Part shown: positions 1 to 12,042 of the stretch, one piece after another
How the letters are laid out: every line of letters starts with the position of its first letter
How positions within the stretch are numbered: position 1 is the stretch's first letter
Source: Phyllobates terribilis
Taxonomy: Eukaryota
DNA length: 64,000 nucleotides
Reading direction: 5' to 3'
Assembly: GCF_046119375.1 (NCBI RefSeq)
Contig: NW_027362764.1
Coordinates: 57,288,001-57,352,000 of the forward strand
Program-made: the position numbers and the translations under genes
Notes under the pieces: generated by a model
The model's input: only the letters and a program-made list of their open reading frames with translations
Database searches by the model: none
Told to the model about the DNA's origin: nothing

Positions 1-440
1 CCCCCCACAACACAGCGACTGATGGGCAGAGACCCCCCCCCCACAACACAGCGACTGATGGGCAGAGACCCCCCCCAACACACAACACATAGAGACTGAT
101 GGGCAGAGACCCCCCCCAACACACAACACAGCGACTGATGGCCAGAGACCCCCCCCCCCACAGCGACTGATGGCCAGAGACCCCCCCCACAGCAACTGAT
201 GGGCAGGGACCCACCCCCACAGCGACTGATGGCCAGAGACCCCCCCCCACAGCAACTGATGGCCAGAGACCCCACCCCACAACACAGCGACTGATGGCCA
301 GAGACCCCCCCCACAGCAACTGATGGGCAGAGACCCCCCTTCCCCACAACACAGCGACTGATGGGCAGAGACCCCCCCCCCACAACACAGCGACTGATGG
401 GCAGAGACCCCCCCCACAACAACTGATGGGCAGAGACCCC
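1..440. repeat. Minisatellite, ~30-41 bp unit (ACAACACAGCGACTGATGGGCAGAGACCCCCCC) with variable poly-C
   Basis: About 12 direct copies visible; array runs off the window start. Confidence 0.9.
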
Positions 441-513
441 GCCGAAATGAGCAGAGACAACAAGCCCTGAGCAGTGACTCCTGTGACGATGTCACACAGA
501 GGCCGGCACTCAC

Positions 514-900
514 TATGGTCGCAGTCCATGCAGCACGTCCGGCATCCTCTGTGTCACCGCCGTCCGGCTCTCATCCCCGGTACAGACAGGCCCCCGACAC
601 CCGGAACAACTACAGCGACCCGGAAACTCGCTCAGCCGTCGCCTCCTCCTCCTATCGCCGCCGCTGCACAGTGCTACAGCACATGGGGCCCGCACCGGAG
701 ATGCCGCCCCGGCAGCGTCCGTTCCTCAGTCACCTGTCCCCCCCACCCTCACTGACCCAGAGCCAGCCCCGGAGTACCGACATCCACCGACAGTCGCCAC
801 GCCCACACCTCTAACCCCTCCCACAACAAGTCCGACAAAACCCCGCCCATCTCGTTGAATAGCCGAACGTAAACAGAGCTCTGCCCCGCCCATCGCAACT
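514..900 (-). other. Putative non-coding first exon of the divergent gene (ANKIB1 expected by synteny)
   Basis: GC/CpG-rich; minus-strand donor-like sites GTGAGT (513-508) and CAG|GTGACT (734|733). Human KRIT1 and ANKIB1 are head-to-head (recall). No ANKIB1 coding sequence lies in the window. Confidence 0.35.
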
Positions 901-1100
901 GACTTTTTTTCGCCACGCCTCTTCCTATTCCCCGGCAAAATAACAGTGGCCACGCCTCTGAGCTGAAGGCTCCGTTTCTTATTGGTTTACCAATAGCCCC
1001 ACCCCCTTCATTTTGCTACGCAGATCCGAACAGTGTTCAGGTAACCACCCCTGTAACTTGTCACCACGCCCCCTTTACCACTTAGACCACGCCCCAGGGA
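795..1100. promoter_or_regulatory. CpG-rich, TATA-less, probably bidirectional promoter
   Basis: GC boxes CCCCGCCC (841-848, 884-891), several CCACGCCC motifs, opposed CCAAT boxes ATTGG (981-985) and CCAAT (990-994). Confidence 0.65.
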
Positions 1101-1160
1101 GGCATGCTGGCGGCTGTGGGAGAGGCTGGACGGGATACAGCAGCCGGATCCTGGGAGAAG
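1090..1160 (+). other. KRIT1: Probable KRIT1 first exon (5' end approximate)
   Basis: Strong donor AAG|GTGAGT at 1160|1161 just downstream of the promoter motifs; contains ATG at 1104. Confidence 0.55.
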
Positions 1161-1320
1161 GTGAGTGTGTGCGGCCTCCGCTCAGCGCTGACGGTAACGG
1201 ACCGTACAGGAGACAGGACGCAGCGCCGCATCCTCCGCGCACTGCGGACCAGACTGCACTCACTGTTCTGCAGGGTCAGAGCCACAGTCTCCCAGCATTC
1301 CCTGCTTGTTTTGGTTATTG

Positions 1321-1340
1321 GCAGTCTGGGAAATGTAGTT
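1321..1340 (-). promoter_or_regulatory. ZNF143/SBS-type motif
   Basis: Reverse complement reads AACTACATTTCCCAGACTGC, matching the ACTACAnnTCCCAG consensus enriched at bidirectional promoters. Confidence 0.7.
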
Positions 1341-1434
1341 CTTACAACAGACATTATAAGGTCAGCCCGCTGCATTATGGGAGCTCAACTAGAGAGTACT
1401 GTCTGTCTCCACAGCACAGGATAAGTATACGCAT

Positions 1435-2115
1435 AGCAGCAGAATAGTGAGTGCAGCTCTGGAGTATAGTACAGGATTTAACTCAGGATCAGTAATGTAT
1501 GTACACAGTGACTGCACCAGCAGAATAGTGAGTGCAGCTCTGGAGTATAATACAGAATGTAACTCAGGATCAGTAATGTATGTACACAGTGACTGCACCA
1601 GCAGAATAGTGAGTGCAGCTCTGGAGTATAATACAGAATGTAACTCAGGATCAGTAATGTATGTACACAGTGACTCCACCAGCAGAATAGTGAGTGCAGC
1701 TCTGGAGTACAATACAGGATGTAACTCCTGATCAGTAATGTAATGTATGTGCACAGTGACTGCACCAGCAGAATAGTGAGTGCAGCTCTGGGGTATAATA
1801 CAGGATGTAACTCAGGATCAGTAATGTAATGTATGCACACAGTGACTGCACCAGCAGAATAGTGAGTCCAGCTCTGGAGTATAATACAGGATGTAACTCA
1901 GGATCAGTAATGTAATGTATGTGCACAGTGACTGCACCAGCAGAATAGTGAGTCCAGCTCTGGAGTATAATACAGGATGTAACTCAGGATCAGTACAGGA
2001 TCAGTAATGTATGTGCACAGTGACTGCACCAGCAGAATAGTGAGTCCAGCTCTGGAGTATAATACAGGATGTAACTCAGGATCAGTAATGTAATGGATGT
2101 AAACAGTGACTGCAG
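1435..2115 (+). repeat. 81/86-bp satellite array 1 (CAGCAGAATAGTGAGTGCAGCTCTGGAGTATAATACAGGATGTAACTCAGGATCAGTAATGTAATGTATGTACACAGTGACTGCAC)
   Basis: About 8 tandem copies; 81-bp variant lacks one AATGT. Confidence 0.95.
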
Positions 2116-2262
2116 CTCTGATCAGCTGTTGCTCACTGTGGTGATTGCGGGTGTGGTGGCTGCAGATCCTGCTGTGAGCTCCAGCTCTCCTGAGAACCAA
2201 CATCTCTCCACCTGGGGATCTGCTTTCTCTCCTACCCATGAGGGGGGAGTGGGTTTTCTGGG

Positions 2263-3249
2263 ATGAGTGATGGAGCGAAGTCCCAGGCTTCTGCTTCCCG
2301 AACCAGGCCGGCGGGGGGCGGAAGAAACCAGCAACCGGCCTGCACATCGGAGGACTTGGGGGTGAGACGCTTCACCAGGAGTCGCAGCAATGTGGCTCCT
2401 ACTCCCCCTGGGTTTGTGGAGACCCAGAGAAGCCGAAAGGCTTCCAGCATAGAGGTAAAGCCTGACAGCGACGTGCATTATGGCGCTCCTTCCGGAGGAA
2501 AGCTGAGTGCTCACGGAGGTGGGGCCGACCTCACTGAGGAAGGTTGGGGGCTGCAAAGTACCCGGGAGTCTGTGTCCACCTATGCCTCCCGGGTCATGAG
2601 CCACCTCCGTGAGTATGAAGATGCGAGTAAGCTTGTCAGGAGACTTCGGGAGGAGCTGCGCTGCACAAGCGCTAAAGCTGCAGGTGCCTCCAAATCTAGG
2701 AAGACTAAACTCCAGGCGGAGGTAAAGAGGCTGACCAGTGAGATTAATGTGCTGGAACTAAGGAAAGGTGTCATCAGAGAGCAGAGTGGTCCATTCAAGG
2801 AAAAACTAATTAATGAAGACTGCTTCAGAGAAATGGCTGATAACAGAGAGCAAAGGCAGATGGGGCTGCAGCCTGAGAGCCAGGTGGATAATGAGAGTGA
2901 TGATGACCAGCAAGAAGCCCCACCTGGCAGCCTGCAAAGTCACCCGCAGGCCACGTGCAGCGAGCTCCCTGCAGGACAGGCGACAATGACATCCGGTCGC
3001 AGTTCTGCCGGCTCTGGGGAGGACAGTGACAGCAGCGGCCAGGGAGGGGCGCTAATGGCGGAGATAAAGCTCCTGGAGTCCCCAGTGTGCCTCCAAAACT
3101 TACATCTTGGTGACGATCTACCAGAAGAGGCACCTGGGGGCAAGAAAAAGGCTAAGAAGATCAAGCCAAAGCTGCAGGAAGCGGTAAGATACGTATATGC
3201 CCCCTCCCTGTACCCCCTGAGTCGGCTGCAGGCTCAGCTCGCTGTATAA
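2263..3249 (+). pseudogene. Probable ORF1 of the Tx1-like element (coiled-coil-like segment; continues in broken frames to ~4000)
   Basis: 328-codon ORF upstream of and co-oriented with the RT; heptad-like stretch EYEDASKLVRRLREEL...EINVLELRK. Confidence 0.5.
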
Positions 3250-4199
3250 GCCCCGTTGCCCAGCCCAGCCCGGGTTCTGCTGTGGATCTGGTGCAAAGGC
3301 TCGGGGAGATTACACAGCATGGTAGTGAGGCGCAGAGCTCTGTCTCTGCTTGTAGTAGCGGGGACGCAGCAGGAGGTGCATCAGTCGAGAGGCTGGACAG
3401 TGAGGGCGGCCCGGCGGCGGGCATTCGGTCAGGCCACGATGCTGTAGTGCGCTCTTCTGTGGGAGGGGGGAGCAGCCCGGTGTCGGGGGCAGCTCCGGTA
3501 GACTCGGCGCCTCTGAATGCTGTTGCCGCTGATCATTTAGTTGAGAAGTGGCGGAAGTGAGAGGGGGCTGTCAGGGCTGAGCGTTCCAGTCCTCCCACCA
3601 AAGTGTTATTTTGTGTTGGCGTCGCTGGTCCGGAAGATCCTGATGATAAAGATCAGCAGCGCCTCACAGCGGCTAAAGATCAGCGGACCATTATACCGAA
3701 TGCCAAACAGAAATTACCGACTGATGTGGAGGGCACACATAAGACCAGGGGTGAGGTCGCCTCCAGTTCTATGGAGGTGGCTGAGCCCCTTGTGCCTAAT
3801 GATGCTGAGCTCAAAATGTCATCCACCATTGTTACTGGTCCAGCAGGAATGAATGTGGTGGTGGGTGTGAATGAGGCCAATTCATTGTCTAGTGGTGTGG
3901 TTGCTGGTTTGGTGAAGGGTGAGATGGAGGTGGGTAATTGTGATGCTGTTGGGACTGATGTAGTCACTGGTCCGGTTGCAGAAACTGCAAGATGTCAATG
4001 AATAGTAAAGTTGTTACAGGACTGGTTGACACTGCGGGGCCCCTGAAAAGATCCAGATCAGGGATCCTGGAGGTCGTCTGATCCTTCTACTCGCACCTCT
4101 TGGGGAAGAGGGATCTGGATTGGGATGAGATGTTGGCTTTTCTGGCTTAAGCCATCCTCGAACCAGGGGTAGACCCCTCTCTTGGCGTTTTGACAGAGA

Positions 4200-4825
4200 T
4201 GATCAGGGAAGAGGAAGTTAAGTTGGCGATTGAAAGCTTAACATCTGAATTCTATAAGACCTTTTAAGGACGCCTTGGTTCCCCTCTTGACTGAGGTATT
4301 CAATGAGTGTCTTTCCTCGGGCACTCTGCCAAAGTCAATGAGGAGGTCTGCCCTGATCATCTTGTCAAAGGGTAAGTACCCATCTTGCATTGAGAATTGG
4401 CATCCCATAGCGCTTCTCAATGCAGACAGGAAGGTTTTGGCAAAGGTGCTGTTTAATTGGCTGGTGAAATTTGTACCCCGACTCCTTTCGGGAGCCCAGC
4501 ATTGCTCTGTTTCGGGCCGCAGTACAAATACTGCTGTACTCTGTGTCCGAGAGGCGGTGGAGCAGGGTAGGGCTGGTCACTGGAAGGGGTACATGCTGTC
4601 ACTGTACCAGGCAAAAGCATTTGATCAGGTTAATCATGAGTCCCTCTGGTCTGTCCTTCTGAGGTATATCCTGCCGGGGGAGCCCGCTGCTGTACGTGTT
4701 TGCGATTGACCCACTTCTTAGGAGCGTGGACCGTTGGCTGGGATCGGGATGGACCGGGCAGCACTGGAAGCCACTCTGAGAGTGGTGTTGTATGCCGATG
4801 ACGTCACCGTTTTTGTTTCCTCTGA
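4200..4825 (+). pseudogene. Non-LTR reverse transcriptase remnant (Tx1-like ORF2)
   Basis: Motifs ENWHPIALLNADRKVLAK, SLYQAKAFDQVNH and LYADDVTVF; large deletions between them. Confidence 0.85.
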
Positions 4826-5639
4826 CGGGGAGGCAAAGGATATGGATTTGGGTGTAGGTGTTAGGTTGGGTGGTGGGAAAAGGGGGGAGGTGGGTTCATC
4901 TTGTGGGGCTTTGGGACACTGGGTATTTGGGTGAAAAACTGGCACTGCCTGATCTGGCCTATGGACGTTGGACATGGACTGAGGCATGAGGCGTGAGGCG
5001 CAGGACCAGCTCTGAGGTCAGTGCCGGGGTTGGGACTGGTGGGCTTGAGTGTGGGGGGTTTTGTTTAGTCTTGTATATATTTGTATAGTTAGTATTTATT
5101 TTCTATTAATTAAAAAAAAAAAGTTTGTATATATTTGTTAGCTATTGTTTGTTTATTTTATTTATTGTTTGTGGTTATTATTTTCTTTGGTAACCGGACC
5201 AGAAGTCTGTAATATGAGTATTTATTATTGTGTGTATATGTATAATATGTGTGTGAGGGGAGAGGGAGCGGCTGGACAAAAGATTAAAGAAAACCAAAAA
5301 CATATCCCCCGAGTCCACGTCTAGTAGTTCTGAGGATGGCGGAGATTCGGACACTTCCACCTCTTCCTCCTCCTCTTCCTCGTCTACAGATAGAGGAGGT
5401 CGGAGCTGTTTTCCCATTGAGGAAACGGCCTCATCAAGGCAGTCAGGTCTACCATGGGATTAACAGAGAAGACAGGAGAAGGAAGACCAAGGGATTCCTA
5501 TTTAACAAGCCCTCTAGTGATAACAGAAAGCCCCCCCCCAATGAAGATTTGCCCCGGGTGGGGGGAAGGCTATCAAGTTTTCTCCCGGCCTGGGAGCTAA
5601 TATCCAACAGCTCATGGATTCTGAGCCTAATACAATCGG

Positions 5640-6810
5640 GCCTGAGACTCCAGTTCCTCAAAATCCGGGGACTGGTAGGGAAGGCAGTCCTCCAGGAGGT
5701 CCCGGGGGGGAGGCATGGGCTTCTATTCTCCTCTATTCCTGAGAAAAAAAACAGATGGGACATACAGGACAATTGTGAATTTGAAAAAGCTGAACAAGCT
5801 GTTGAAGGTGGAAGCCTTCAACATGGAAACAATAAAATCTTCAATAAAAATGCTGTTTCCCGGTTGTTTCATGGCCATCCTGGACTTAAAAGACGCTTAT
5901 TATCACGTCCCAATACACAGACTACCAGAAGTTCCTCAGGGTAGCTGTTCCTATAGGTGGAGTGGTCAAGCACTACCAATATACAGCCCTCCCATTCGGC
6001 ATCACCGCAGCCACAAGGGTCTTCACCAAAGTGGTTGCAGAGGTGATGGCTCATCTAAGGGAGCAGAACACCCTGGTCGTCCCATACCTAGACGTCTTCC
6101 TGATAATAGGCAGCTCCTTCCTAGACTGCAAATCCCATCTGAAGAAGGCCATGGATTCCTTGACTCGCTTAGGGTGGCTTTTGAATCTGGAAAAGTCCAA
6201 GACAGATCCGTGCCAGATACAGGAGAACCTAGGCGTCATACTGGATTCAAAAATTCAGGAGTGTCGTCTCCCCTCAGGGAAGATTAAAAAAATCTTAAAC
6301 CGGATATCACGGGCAAAATCCCACCCGTCTATGTCCCTTCGGAAGGCCATGTCCCTGCTAGGTTCCCTGACGGCGTGCTTCCCGGCCGTTCAATGGGCTC
6401 AAATACATACCAGGACCCTTCAGTGGGAAATCCTAGAGGCAGAAAAAGCACTAAAAGGGCGTTTAGAAGGGCTGTTAACGCTATCTGCAGAAACCACACT
6501 TTCCCTAGAGTGGTGGGGGAACATACACAATCTTGCCCGGGGGATTCCTTGGACAATCCCGACACCGCAAGTCCTGACCACAGATGCAAGCCCCGGGGGC
6601 TAGGGGGCCCACCTCAACAACGTGGTAGCTCAGGGGGTCTGGACAGAACGTCTAAAACTATTGTCCTCAAACATGAAGGAGCTCCTAGCAGTAGAGCGGG
6701 CACTCCGGGAGTTCATGCGCACACTACAAGGACATCACGTGAGGGTCTTCTCAGACCACCGAGTAGTAGTGGCATACCTGAACCACCAGGGGGTACACTG
6801 TCCCATTCCC
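5640..6810 (+). pseudogene. DIRS #1 reverse transcriptase/RNase H (frameshifted, with stops)
   Basis: FYSPLFL, LDLKDAYYHVPI, ALPFG, PYLDVFLI, TTDASP, KELLAV motifs. Confidence 0.9.
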
Positions 6811-6949
6811 TAATGCAGACGACAGAGGTCATCTTTCGCTTAGCCGAGGAGAACTTGCAATCCCTATCCGCTCTACACATATAAGGGGTAGAAAATCGTA
6901 CCGCAGACTTTGAGTCGGACTCAGTTGAAGCAGGGCGAGTGGGAATTAA

Positions 6950-7349
6950 GTCAGGCAGTTTTTCGGCAGATTGTACAAAGGTGGGGCCGGCCCTCCATAG
7001 ATCTGTTTGCCAACAATCAGAACAAAAAAAATGCTCTTTTTGCTCCCTAAATCCCAAAGGGAACCCGGTAGCCGTGGATGCCTTCATGATCCCATGGAAT
7101 TACCCTCTAGCTTACGCTTTTCCTCCGACCGCTCTGATTCCAGCTGTTCTGAGGAAAATCAGAGAAGAGGAAGCGAGGGTAATCCTGATAGCCCCCTTTT
7201 GGCCAAAGAGAGCATGGTTTTCATGGCTGAGGAGGTTGTCAATCTCCGATCCATGGGTGCTTCCGGACCTTCTTTCTCAGGGTCCGGTCCTCCATCCTCA
7301 GGTGTCAAGCTTACACTTGACAGCCTGGAATTTGAGAGAGCTATTCTGA
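6950..7349 (+). pseudogene. DIRS #1 methyltransferase-like (MT) domain
   Basis: DLFANNQN...DAFMIPW...YAFPP...LIAPFWPKRAWF. Confidence 0.8.
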
Positions 7350-8364
7350 AAGACAAAGATTTCTCCCCAAACTTGATCACCACACTACTTCAAAGTAGAA
7401 AACCAGTCACCACCAAACTGTACGGGAAAACCTGGAAGAAATTCCTTTCAGTCTCAGGTTCCAGGTTGGTTGGGGAGGTTCCATTGACAGCCATCCTGGA
7501 ATTTTTACAGGGGGGGTTGGAGCAGGGCCTGGCCACAAGTACCTTTAAAAGTTCAAGTTGCGGCCCTGGGAGCGCTCTATAATTTTGACCTAGCCAGGGA
7601 TAGATGGGTATCTAGGTTTATTAAGGCATCAGCTAGATCCTGTCCTATCCCATCCCGAAATACTACACCCTGGGATTTAAACTTGGTCCTTTCAGCTCTA
7701 ACGGAGGCACTTTTTGAACCCCTGTCAGAAGCATCCCTAAAAACTGTCTCTAAAAACAGCACTCTTGGTAGCTCTTACATCCGCACGTAGGGTTAGTGAA
7801 ATTCAGGCCCTATCGGCAGGGCCCCCCTTCACACAAATCTTGGAGGATTGGGTTACTCAGAAAACCGACCTTGCCTATCTACCAAAAGTGGCGTCAAGAT
7901 TTCACAGGTTCCAGGAAATCACCCTCCCTTCTTTCTGCCCTAATCCTAGGAACACGAAAGAGAAGGTCTTGCATACACTTGACGTCAGACGGTGCCTAAT
8001 CCAGTATCTAGAGGCAACACAAGAGTGTAGGCAGGATAGTTCTCTCTTTGTCTGCTTTCAGGGTCCTCGTAAGGGGAAGAAAGCTTCTAAGGGCACGCTG
8101 GCCAGATGGAGAAGGGAGGCCATCACATTATCTTACTCCTCACGTGGAGAAGCTGCCCCGGAGAAACTGAAGGCCCACTCAACGAGAGCGGTGGCAGCCT
8201 CCTGGGCGGAGAAGGCCGGTGCTACGTTAGAGCAGATATGTAGAGCGGCAACCTGGTCTTCCCCCTCTACCTTCTTTAATCACTACCGGCTAGACTTAAC
8301 CTCTTCTTCAGACCTCACTTTCGGGAGAAGGGTTCTGGAAGCTGTGCCCCCCCCCCCCCCCTAA
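7340..8364 (+). pseudogene. DIRS #1 tyrosine recombinase (frameshifted)
   Basis: Catalytic motifs LTSARRVSEI, AHSTRA and FFNHYRL. Confidence 0.9.
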
Positions 8365-8389
8365 TGAGTCACTTCTCTGCAATTCTCTC

Positions 8390-8467
8390 CGTGGTGCCGT
8401 CATGGGGGAAGGAGAAAGACGTAGTTACTTACCGGTATTGGGATTTCTCAGAGCCCATGACTGCACC
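8390..8467 (+). repeat. DIRS #1 internal complementary region (ICR)
   Basis: 8420-8467 is the reverse complement of the right terminus at about 8680-8725. Confidence 0.85.
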
Positions 8468-8604
8468 CGTACATTCCCTCCCTTCACGTGTGGGTGCGTA
8501 CACTTATTAGTTAACTATTGTAGCCACGTGGTGTGTCTGACGAGGTCTTAAATTGTAAAATTTTGTGTTACTAACCTGGTGGTCCTCTCATGCTCTGTAA
8601 ACAA

Positions 8605-8725
8605 CTGATGCGGGAGAGAGGCACCGCCCTTTTATCTGTAGGTTTCCTATCCTTGAAGGGCGGATCCCCTCTCTCTGTGGTGCCGTCATGGGCTCTGAGA
8701 AATCCCTTTACCGGTAAGTAACTAC
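8605..8725 (+). repeat. DIRS #1 right ITR
   Basis: Homologous to the DIRS #2 right ITR (shared GAAGGGCGGATCCCCTCTCTC); ends CCGGTAAGTAACTAC. Confidence 0.85.
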
Positions 8726-8730
8726 TTCTT

Positions 8731-9477
8731 TTTCAACAATGGTGTTCTCCTTGGTCGTCTCCGATGAAATCCACTTTGTATCAAACCATGATGGATGGTG
8801 CGATCTGACACTGATGTTCCTTGAGCTTGAAGTTCACCTTTAATCTCTTTAGAAGTTATCCTGGGCTCTTTTGTTTCCATTCTTATTATCCGCCTCTTTG
8901 ATTTGTCATCAATTTTCCTCCTGCGGCCACGTCCAGGGAGGTTGGCTACAGTCTCATGGATCTTAAATTTCTGAATAATATGTGCACCTGTAGTCACAGA
9001 AACATCAAGCTGCTTGGAGATGGTCTTATAACCTTTACCTTCAACATGCTTGTCTATAATTTTCTTTCTAATCTCCTGAGACAACTCTTTCCTTTGCTTC
9101 CTCTGGTCCATGTTGAGTGTGGTACACACCATGTCACCAAACAGCACAGTGAGTATCTGTAGCCCTATATACAGGCCTACTGACTGATTACAAGATTGTA
9201 GACACCTGTGATGCTAATTAGTGGACACAACTTGATTTAACATGTCCCTTTTGTCACATTATTTTCAGGGGTGCCATCATTTCTGTCCAGGCCGATTTCA
9301 GGAGTTTAATTCTTTTAAAAATTCTATGGAAGCAGAAAAGCAATGTCTGACTTTCATTTCTTCATTTTCATAGATTTTTAATTTATTATTACTTTTGTCA
9401 GATTCAAGTTATTTCCGTGACCATTGTGGGGTTTTCTTTCATTAAACGAGGGGTACCAACAATTTTGACCACATGTG
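8731..9477 (-). mobile_element. Tc1 transposon 5' half (TIR plus HTH domain), truncated at DIRS #1
   Basis: ORF KELSQEIRKKIIDKH..GKGYKTISKQL..GRGRRRKI; terminus CACATGTGGTCAAAATTGTTGGTACCCC flanked by TA (9478-9479). Confidence 0.9.
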
Positions 9478-9807
9478 TATGTACACAGTGAGAGGATGGA
9501 AAGGCCGTGGGTGTTGCAGGGTTGTATAGTCTGTGGCTTAGTCGGCCCCCCGAGCTCTGAGTGATGATGCTGAGAAGACGTCCCGCACGTTGTCAGATGG
9601 AGCTGTGATGAACCCTGGACCTGGGGGGTAGTATAAGATTCGTTCATCACTAGTCTTTAATTCTTCACTACATTTCCCAAAGTAAAATATGCCGTATACT
9701 GCACGGTGCCCTTTTCCTTTGTCTTTTATAGCTTATAGCCGTACTGGGGTATAGATCAGGATAGTTAATTAGGGAATACGTTTGATGTATCTCTAAACAG
9801 AGGCTAA

Positions 9808-10035
9808 GGGCTCATTCACACATGCTGTTTTTTCTTTGCGTTTTTTGTCCTGTAGTGGTTTTTTTTTTTTTTTTAAATTCACACTATGTCAATGCTTTCA
9901 CCATTTTTACTTCAGTTTTTCCTTATTGACATCAAAATGGCTCCGCACCAAAAACCCCATCAAAACTGTGTAATTTGTGCTGCAGTTTTTTGCCCTTAAC
10001 TTATGCATTAAAAAAAGCTACATGTGAACATGCCC
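9808..10035. mobile_element. PIF/Harbinger-like MITE
   Basis: Ends GGGCTCATTCACACATG and CATGTGAACATGCCC; TAA on the left, TAT on the right. Confidence 0.55.
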
Positions 10036-10689
10036 TATCCCACGGCGACGTCGTCAATATGCTAGCCCCATTAACCCCTTCATGACATAGGACGTAATAA
10101 TATATCTTATGTCAGGTGCAAGTAAATAGAGCGCCGCTGCCATCTTGGGTCTTCATAGGAGATCGTCATTTTTGAGGCACATAAAAAAAAAAAAGCGACG
10201 ATGGAATTGTGTTCTCCATGGTAACTTATATTCAGTATTTGGAGATAGTGTTTGTTTCCCTAATTAATTAACATTACCTGCTAAAAGGAAATTCAATGAA
10301 CAATACATTTTCTGACAACGGTCCGTCAGGGTCCGGCCCTTCGTGTATTACAGGGGTCTGCAGAGGACAATTATTCTTGCTGGGGATCGTTCTCGCCGGA
10401 CCCCCATATATAAGGGGCTAACTGGTGAAACTTCCCCTTTGATTCTTTCACTCCTCTTCACCTGTGACTTTACAGCAATGTATATAGATCCGCAGCCTGG
10501 CCACAGTCATGAGGCTTTCTATGTGATGCGACTGATTCCTATTCTAGTGTTTTTATAATTAGACGGTAAAAGGTCACAATTTGAATAGATGATATCTCCT
10601 CAAGCTGTAAAAAGAATGCAGAGCGTGAATGTGTTTTTTTTTTTTTTGTTGTTTCTGCACAATTTTGACACTGCATTTAGGCTCAATTC

Positions 10690-11300
10690 ATTACATTACT
10701 GATCCTGAGTTACATCCTGTATTATACCCCAGAGCTGCACTCACTATTCTGCTGGTGCAGTCACTGTGTACATACATTACATTACTGATCCTGAGTTACA
10801 TCCTGTATTATACTCCAGAGCTGCACTCACTATTCTGCTGGTGCAGTCACTGTGTACATACATTACATTACTGATCCTGAGTTACATCCTGTATTATACC
10901 CCAGAGCTGCACTCACTATTCTGCTGGTGCAGTCACTGTGTACATACATTACATTACTGATCCTGAGTTACATCCTGTATTATACTCCAGAGCTGCACTC
11001 ACTATTCTGCTGGTGCAGTCACTGTGTACATACATTACATTACTGATCCTGAGTTACACCCTGTATTATACCCCAGAGCTGCACTCACTATTCTGCTGGT
11101 GCAGTCACTGTGTACATACATTACATTACTGATCCTGAGTTACATCCTGTATTATACTCCAGAGCTGCACTCACTATTCTGCTGGTGCAGTCACTGTGTA
11201 CATACATTACATTACTGATCCTGAGTTACATCCTGTATTATACCCCAGAGCTGCACTCACTATTCTGCTGGTGCAGTCACTGTGCACATACATTACATTA
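10690..11300 (-). repeat. 86-bp satellite array 2, inverted relative to arrays 1 and 3
   Basis: About 7 near-identical copies at an exact 86-bp period. Confidence 0.95.
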
Positions 11301-11810
11301 CTTTTCAGACTCTCCTCAGTTTGTTACAAACATTTTCTTATGGATTTCCATCTTTACTACACTTCTGAAATCCTCTGTGCTGCTGGCAGACCTGTACTCC
11401 TTCCTCCTATATCTTATGCTTGTCTGCACATCGCTTCCCTGTCCGTGCATCATCAGACCCCTTTCTCTCCTAAGGCTTTATCCTTAGTGCTGTCCTCAAT
11501 TAGCTCACCTACTCATCTTCTGAAATACTCTGTGCTGCTGGGTGATCTTCCTTCTTTCATCTTTTTTTCCATGACTTCTGCTTTTGCCTCATTTTTGCTT
11601 TTTTTTGGTCCCTCCGAGTTTCCTTTTTGTCAGAAAACACCTTCACCACAATCCTCTCCTGAATCACTCTGTGCTGCTTCCAACGTCCGGGACCTCGGTC
11701 TTATGACATTGCCCTTGTCGGTTGCATCTGTTTTCACAGTCACTGCCTATAAGTTGCACAGGCCTGTACGTGTCAGATCATGCTGGGAGTTGTAGTGCGA
11801 TCTTGTGCAG

Positions 11811-12042
11811 GTGGAGACTGTGCGGATGTTGCTCCACGCCGGGCGTCTCATCAGTCGGTGCTGCCCTCTTATCTGGGGAGGGGGCGCTCCGCTCAGGGGA
11901 GTGGCGGAGTTGTTTTCCTGTAACAGGAAGTATACATGTGTTCATTGTGACCTTCTTGTTGCAGCCGCAGTTTGGCCCGGACAGTGGCCCCCCGGACGGC
12001 CAGTGGTGCAGGAGCAGCATGTGACGGCCGCATGGAGGCTGG
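11811..12042 (+). other. Candidate KRIT1 5'-UTR cassette or alternative first exon in a CpG-rich patch
   Basis: Acceptor TCTTGTGCAG| at 11810, donor G|GTAAGA at 12042|12043, SBS-like ATGCTGGGAGTTGTAGT at 11780-11796. Confidence 0.3.

Larger units (their letters stand above)
2116..5200 (+). mobile_element. Decayed Tx1/L1-clade non-LTR retrotransposon with internal deletions
   Basis: Long ORF1-like region, RT remnant, then a GT-rich 3' UTR with an A-tract at about 5111-5122; boundaries approximate. Confidence 0.7.
5290..8730 (+). mobile_element. DIRS retrotransposon #1, 5'-truncated (left ITR and most of gag missing)
   Basis: RT, RNase H, MT and tyrosine recombinase frames in order, followed by ICR and right ITR. 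Confidence 0.93.

Noticed and set aside
1389-1926. Repeated MYIHYITDPELH-type small ORFs (also at 10.7-11.3 kb and 24.4-25.9 kb)
   Set aside because: Translations of the 86-bp satellite, not a peptide gene family
9555-9660. Possible C/D-box snoRNA (GTGATGA at about 9561 and 9605)
   Set aside because: No suitably placed terminal CTGA box or terminal stem, and no recognisable rRNA guide
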